Shown piece after piece: positions 26,994-31,777 of a DNA stretch of 31,777 bases. The stretch lies in contig JAPYNS010000180.1 in the NCBI GenBank assembly GCA_028279005.1, positions 1 to 31,777 on the forward strand, given 5' to 3'. Each line of letters begins with the position of its first letter. Position 1 is the stretch's first letter. This DNA comes from Candidatus Spongiisocius variivorans (lineage in GTDB: Bacteria; Actinomycetota; Acidimicrobiia; Spongiisociales; Spongiisociaceae). The notes under the pieces are model-generated. The model did no database searches and was not told the DNA's origin. It was given only the letters and a program-made list of their open reading frames with translations. Position numbers and translations under genes: made by a program.

Positions 26994-28904
26994 CTACTTG
27001 TAGCTGCGCCGGGTCGGCTTGACGTACTCGAAGGCAAGCGGCTCCTGGTGCAGAACCGGCTCGTCTCCGTCGGTCCAGCCCCAAGCCGCCGCGTAGGAGA
27101 AGTTGGCATCATCCCGCCTGGCCTCCCCGTCCTCCGTCTGGTGCTCGACTCGGAAATGGCCGCCGCACGACTCCTCGCGGTGCAGGGCGTCCACGCACAT
27201 CAGGCGAGCCAGCTGCAAGAAGTCATCCACTCGGCCCGCCTTCTCGAGGGACTGGTTGAGGGTGCTACTCGCGCCCAGAACCCGCAGGTCCCGGTCGAAC
27301 TCCTCCTTGAGGGAGTCGATGTCCGAGATCGCCCGGCGTAATCCATCCGCGCTCCGCTCCATGCCACAGTGTTCCCATAGCACCTTTCCGAGTTCCCGAT
27401 GGAACCAGTCCACCGACCGCGAGCCCCTGATGGACAGGTAGCGCTCGGTCCGGGCGGCCACCTGCCTCTCGGTCTCCACGAATGCCGGATCGTTGCTCGA
27501 GACCAGGCTCTCTCCCAGACGGGGCGCCAGGTAGTCGCCGAGCGTGTACGGGATGACGAAATAGCCGTCCGCCAGACCTTGCATCAGGGCGGACGCGCCG
27601 AGGCGATTGGCGCCGTGGTCGGAGAAGTTGGCCTCTCCAAGCGCGTACAACCCACGGATGGTGGTCATCAGGTTGTAGTCCACCCAGAGACCGCCCATCG
27701 TGTAATGCATCGCCGGGTAAATGCGCATGGGCGTCTCGTAGGGGCTGTCGCCGGTGATGCGGTGGTACATGTCGAAGAGATTGCCGTACCGCTCCCGCAC
27801 GGTGGCCTGTCCCAGCCGCCCAAGCGCCTCCTCGAAGTCCAGGTATACCCCGTTGGCGAGCGGCCCGACCCCCTTACCCCGGTCTACCTCTACCTTGGCG
27901 GCCCGGGAGGCCACATCGCGGGGTACCAGGTTGCCGAAGGCGGGGTAGCGGCGCTCAAGGTAGTAGTCACGGTCCGCCTCCCCTATGTCATCCGGCGGCC
28001 GGGTGTCGCCTGCCCGGACCGGAACCCAGATCCGTCCGTCGTTGCGCAACGACTCGGACATCAGCGTGAGCTTCGACTGGAACTCGTCCGAGGCAGGAAT
28101 GCACGTGGGATGGATCTGCGTGTAGCAAGGGTTGGCGAATAGGCCCCCCCTCCGATGGGCGCGCCACACCGCGGTGACGTTGGACTTCATCGCGTTGGTA
28201 GAGAGGTAGAAGACGTTGCTGTAGCCGCCCGTGGCCAGGAGCACGGCGTGGCCCGGATGGGAAGCGATCTCCCCGGTGACCAGATCGCGAGTGATGATGC
28301 CCACGGCTCGGCCGTCCTTTACCGCCACATCCAGCATCTCGGTCTGGGTATGGAGCTCCACCGCGCCGCGGTCGACCTGGCGCATCATCGCCTGGTACGC
28401 CCCCAGCAGGAGTTGCTGGCCGGTCTGGCCCCGCGCGTAGAAGGTGCGGGAGACCTGGGCTCCGCCGAAGGAGCGGTTCGCTAGGAGGCCGCCATACTCT
28501 CGGGCGAAGGGCACACCCTGAGCGGTGCATTGATCAATGATCTCCACCGAGAGCTGGGCGAGCCGGTAGACGTTCGATTCGCGCGATCGGTAGTCGCCGC
28601 CCTTGACGGTGTCGTAGAACAGCCGGTGGATCGAATCACCGTCGTTGGGGTAGTTCTTAGCGGCGTTGATGCCGCCCTGGGCGGCGATGGAGTGCGCCCG
28701 GCGGGCTGAGTCGTGGAAGGTATACGCCTTTACCCGGTAGCCGAGTTCGGCGAGGGTGGCGGCCGCTGAGGCTCCCGCGAGGCCGGTTCCGACCACGATG
28801 ATGGTGAAACGTCGCTTATTGGCCGGGCTGACCAGGTCTATCGAGGTCCGGTGGTTGTCCCAGTGCTCGTTGATTGCCCCCGACGGGATCCTGGCGTCCA
28901 GCAT
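26994..28904 (-). CDS. sdhA: Succinate dehydrogenase/fumarate reductase flavoprotein subunit
   Basis: [22 protein letters not shown] (covalent FAD His), [27 protein letters not shown], [10 protein letters not shown]. Confidence 0.96.
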   Translation of the reverse strand: MLDARIPSGAINEHWDNHRTSIDLVSPANKRRFTIIVVGTGLAGASAAATLAELGYRVKAYTFHDSARRAHSIAAQGGINAAKNYPNDGDSIHRLFYDTVKGGDYRSRESNVYRLAQLSVEIIDQCTAQGVPFAREYGGLLANRSFGGAQVSRTFYARGQTGQQLLLGAYQAMMRQVDRGAVELHTQTEMLDVAVKDGRAVGIITRDLVTGEIASHPGHAVLLATGGYSNVFYLSTNAMKSNVTAVWRAHRRGGLFANPCYTQIHPTCIPASDEFQSKLTLMSESLRNDGRIWVPVRAGDTRPPDDIGEADRDYYLERRYPAFGNLVPRDVASRAAKVEVDRGKGVGPLANGVYLDFEEALGRLGQATVRERYGNLFDMYHRITGDSPYETPMRIYPAMHYTMGGLWVDYNLMTTIRGLYALGEANFSDHGANRLGASALMQGLADGYFVIPYTLGDYLAPRLGESLVSSNDPAFVETERQVAARTERYLSIRGSRSVDWFHRELGKVLWEHCGMERSADGLRRAISDIDSLKEEFDRDLRVLGASSTLNQSLEKAGRVDDFLQLARLMCVDALHREESCGGHFRVEHQTEDGEARRDDANFSYAAAWGWTDGDEPVLHQEPLAFEYVKPTRRSYK

Positions 28905-28908
28905 ACGG

Positions 28909-29652
28909 TTACGAGACGATGTCCAGGGCGACGCCGACCGGTACGGACAGGAAGCCGGCCACCACCACGGTGGCGAAGGCATGGGCGAACGTCCGGCGGA
29001 AGCGGTTGAAGCGGGGATTGTTGACCCCCAGGCTCTGAAACAGGCTCCATGCCCCGTGCCAGATGTGGAAGGCCAGAGCCAACTGGGCCGCTACGTACAA
29101 TATCCACACCGGCCAGCGGCTCAGGCTCGAGACCAGGTTGTGGTAGACGGACCCGCGCACGAACTCCGGGTTGACGGCTTCCACTCCGATGGTCAGGTCC
29201 GCCAGATGCCATGCCAGGAACAGGAGCACGATCACCCCGCTCCAGCGCATGGTCCGGCTGGCGTAACCGGCGGCCAGGTAATCCCGCGGCGACTGGTACT
29301 TGGTTTCCCGAGCGGCCCGGTTGCTTCGGGTCAGGGCGAAGGCGGCGTGGATGTGGATCACGAAGGCAATCGCCAGGGGAATCCGGAGAAACGCCCAGAG
29401 AACCAGGGTGCGCGGGAACAGCGGCTCGCCCAGATCCCTTAGACCCTCGCCGTACTCATCTATGCGGAAGGTGTCTCCGTGAGCGCCCTCGAAGACGTGG
29501 AGGTTCCCGATCATGTGGCCCAGCACGAACAGCAGCAGTAACACGCCAGTGATCGCCATGGCGTATTTCTTGCCGGTATCGGTGCGATAGATGGAGACGA
29601 TCCAGGGTGCCCGCCGGGCCTGCTCCGGTCCGGCGCGCCTTAGGTTGAGCAT
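28909..29652 (-). CDS. sdhC: Succinate dehydrogenase cytochrome b subunit (single-anchor type)
   Basis: [39 protein letters not shown] (heme-ligating His residues); first gene of the sdhCAB cluster. Confidence 0.9.
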   Translation of the reverse strand: MLNLRRAGPEQARRAPWIVSIYRTDTGKKYAMAITGVLLLLFVLGHMIGNLHVFEGAHGDTFRIDEYGEGLRDLGEPLFPRTLVLWAFLRIPLAIAFVIHIHAAFALTRSNRAARETKYQSPRDYLAAGYASRTMRWSGVIVLLFLAWHLADLTIGVEAVNPEFVRGSVYHNLVSSLSRWPVWILYVAAQLALAFHIWHGAWSLFQSLGVNNPRFNRFRRTFAHAFATVVVAGFLSVPVGVALDIVS

Positions 29653-29730
29653 GTCGCCACCTTACCGGCTCGCGGCCTCATCCAATGTGCGGCCCGTACT
29701 TCACTACGGGCGCCGGGAGCCGCGTCCGGC

Positions 29731-29773
29731 TTGACGCCCGCCGCGTGTGGCAACTATATTACAATACTGTAAT
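29731..29773 (+). promoter_or_regulatory. whiB promoter with overlapping palindrome
   Basis: TTGACG (29731) - 18 bp - TATATT (29755); perfect palindrome ATTACA-atac-TGTAAT at 29758-29773. Confidence 0.55.
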
Positions 29774-29799
29774 TGCGCGTGTGTAAGTAGGGGTGGAGA

Positions 29800-30081
29800 T
29801 TGCGGCGCGAACTCATTGATGCTCTGGCTGTCGAGCAGGTCGGGTGGAAGGAATACGCCAACTGTCTCGGCGCTCATCACGACCTCTTCTTCCCGGACCG
29901 CGGCGCATCAACTCGGGCCGCCAAGCAGATCTGCGCCGAATGCCAGGTGCGCGTCGACTGCCTCGAATATGCCGTGACCAGAGGGGAGAAGTTCGGCATC
30001 TGGGGTGGCCTGTCCGAGCGGGAGCGGAGAAAGATCCGGAAGCAGCGGGCTGCTGAGGCTCTGCAGCGGGCCGTCTCCTGA
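29800..30081 (+). CDS. whiB: WhiB family Fe-S transcription factor (WhiB2-like)
   Basis: C-x-LFFP-x-C-x2-C-x5-C cysteine pattern and GIWGGLSERER. Confidence 0.93.
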   Translation: MRRELIDALAVEQVGWKEYANCLGAHHDLFFPDRGASTRAAKQICAECQVRVDCLEYAVTRGEKFGIWGGLSERERRKIRKQRAAEALQRAVS

Positions 30082-30121
30082 ATATTTCCCAATTCCACTG
30101 GCTCGCAGTTACAGTATGAGG

Positions 30122-31429
30122 ATGACGCCTTCCCCGATCGTTTCCCTTGCCCGGAGCCGCGCCATGTGGCTCCTATCTGCTCTCGTGTTGGCCCTGGCCG
30201 CATGCTCCGGCGATCCCGAGGAAGTCCCTCCTGAAACCACGGCGCCGGACACTACGACGGCGGTGATTCTGGACACGACCACCACCGCCGCGCCACCGGT
30301 GGATACCACCGCGCCGACCACGACTCCCACCACCACTCCCGACGAGGACTTCCCCGGCCCGACCGTTCTTGCCTATCTGCAAGAGGTCCGGAACATCGCG
30401 GTGGCCACCGGCCAGGTGGCGGAGGACATGCGAGCTGCCAACAACGACTGGGATAATCGATCGGTCACTGGCGTCTCGTTTGGCGAGACGGAGGCAGCCT
30501 TGGTGGGCATCAGGGACCAGGCCCGCCAGTTGCGTGACGCCATCGGGTTGGTCGATCCGCCTACCGAGTTCGGCCTTCCGGTGGAGCATGAAACGGCTTG
30601 GTCGGCGTCCGGGAAGATGGCGGACGCCGCAGTAGAAGCCCTGGCCGGGCTGAGGTCACCTGATACTGGGGAGCGGCGCCGCGCGGCGCTCTCTGAGTTC
30701 ATCGTGTCGTTCGAGCGCTTCAGCGGAGCGATTGGCCGTATCGTCGACATCATCGACGTCGGCACAGATATCGACCTTCCTACTATCACAGTGGCGACCA
30801 CGGCTGCGACCACCACCACTACTACTGCGGCCACTACGACGACTGCCGCGTCGGGTACGACCACCACTACGGCAGCCGCCACGACTACCACCGCTGAGGC
30901 CACGACCACGACCACCTTGCCGGCGGTTGCCGATCACACCATCGTTGACAGCGGAGGAGAAGCCACCGACCCGATCCAACTGTGGCTCATCGTCTCCGTG
31001 GAGGCCGGCACGACCAAGGACCAGCTGGCGAGGCTGGGTACCCGGCTGGCCACCGAGTACCGGCTCTCACGCGAGTATCAAGCCCTCGTGATCCAGTTCG
31101 TTCGTTTCCCCGAGGGTGTTGCCACGCTCGGGAGGTGGACCGATGCGCCCCACGGTGACTGGGAGCGGGCCGGCGAGGCGACCAAGGGTGACTACTCCAC
31201 CCACCAGATCGTGGACGAGACCGTTGAGAAGGACTGGTCGCTACTCCCAACGGATGAGCAGATGGACGTCTTCCGCAGGTACAGGGACTACCAGGCCAAT
31301 TACCAGGTCCAGAACGAAGAGTCTCTGCCCGACGCAGAGCTGATCCCGCTGGCCGCCGCGGCTCTCGGTCTCGAAGAGGCAGTTATCCGGGGTGCCCTCG
31401 ATGCTTGGAGTGCGTGGGTGGGGTATTAG
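30122..31429 (+). CDS. Hypothetical lipoprotein with two Thr-rich linkers
   Basis: Lipobox LALAAC after a hydrophobic stretch; Thr/Pro/Ala low-complexity linkers. ATG 30122 lies 6 nt after TACAGT; alternative starts at 30116 and 30164. Confidence 0.75.
   Translation: MTPSPIVSLARSRAMWLLSALVLALAACSGDPEEVPPETTAPDTTTAVILDTTTTAAPPVDTTAPTTTPTTTPDEDFPGPTVLAYLQEVRNIAVATGQVAEDMRAANNDWDNRSVTGVSFGETEAALVGIRDQARQLRDAIGLVDPPTEFGLPVEHETAWSASGKMADAAVEALAGLRSPDTGERRRAALSEFIVSFERFSGAIGRIVDIIDVGTDIDLPTITVATTAATTTTTTAATTTTAASGTTTTTAAATTTTAEATTTTTLPAVADHTIVDSGGEATDPIQLWLIVSVEAGTTKDQLARLGTRLATEYRLSREYQALVIQFVRFPEGVATLGRWTDAPHGDWERAGEATKGDYSTHQIVDETVEKDWSLLPTDEQMDVFRRYRDYQANYQVQNEESLPDAELIPLAAAALGLEEAVIRGALDAWSAWVGY
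30785..30915 (+). repeat. Low-complexity Thr-rich coding repeat
   Basis: Encodes TITVATTAATTTTTTAATTTTAASGTTTTTAAATTTTAEATTTTT using mixed ACC/ACT/ACG codons. Confidence 0.7.
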
Positions 31430-31529
31430 ACCCCACCGGTGATGGTGCGCTCGTTCCGCCGACCGGAGAACTCAAGCTGTTGACCGGGCTTCGCTGTTAT
31501 CATGGGGTCCAAGGGAAGGGAGACTACGG

Positions 31530-31751
31530 ATGATTCCCAAGATCCAAGGTGGCGAGATCATCATTATCCTCGTGGTGATTCTGCTCCTGTTCGGCGCCCG
31601 GAAGCTTCCGGAACTGGCGCGTTCGCTGGGCAGCTCGGCTCGTGAGTTCCGTAAGGGAGTCGAGGAGGGCCGGACCGAGGAAAAAGACGAGGCAGCGCCC
31701 ACCACGATGATCTCCGACTCCAACACGACCACTTCCGGTACCGAGACCTAG
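31530..31751 (+). CDS. tatA: Twin-arginine translocase TatA/TatE subunit
   Basis: GGEIIIILVVILLLFGARKLPELARSLGSSAREFRKG. Confidence 0.95.
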   Translation: MIPKIQGGEIIIILVVILLLFGARKLPELARSLGSSAREFRKGVEEGRTEEKDEAAPTTMISDSNTTTSGTET

Positions 31752-31777
31752 CGGTCTTATCGCTGATCCCCGAGCAT

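Overview
A GC-rich actinobacterial chromosomal window. The gene order (guaB3-guaA-pcrA-mutase B12 subunit-sucCD-purH-folD-icd-mdh, plus whiB and cimA) suggests Acidimicrobiia or a similar lineage; this is inferred, not proven. It holds about 32 mostly housekeeping genes: TCA cycle (sucCD, icd, mdh, sdhCAB), purine and folate metabolism (guaB3, guaA, purH, folD), tal, trpS, cimA, a hisN-like phosphatase, pcrA, HU, an isolated infA, whiB and tatA. I found no transposase, integrase, rRNA, tRNA or CRISPR array. The unusual signal is non-coding. (1) Five copies of a 50-235 bp interspersed element share a conserved right arm (CCACGGGACCCGCGA..AACGCGCATAGCGTGAACACGCCCTAG). All five point the same way, three have CTAG on both sides, and their interiors form a nested size series. 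(2) Degenerate 7-bp-period CTAG/CTAC/AGTGGTC micro-arrays sit at gene ends and share sequence with that element. (3) There is a complete candidate Ile-sensing attenuator upstream of citramalate synthase: promoter, leader peptide MSIHTGIIID and terminator. (4) An ATTACA-N4-TGTRAT palindrome occurs at both the pcrA and whiB promoter regions. Protein calls come from recognising motifs by eye; no database searches were run.
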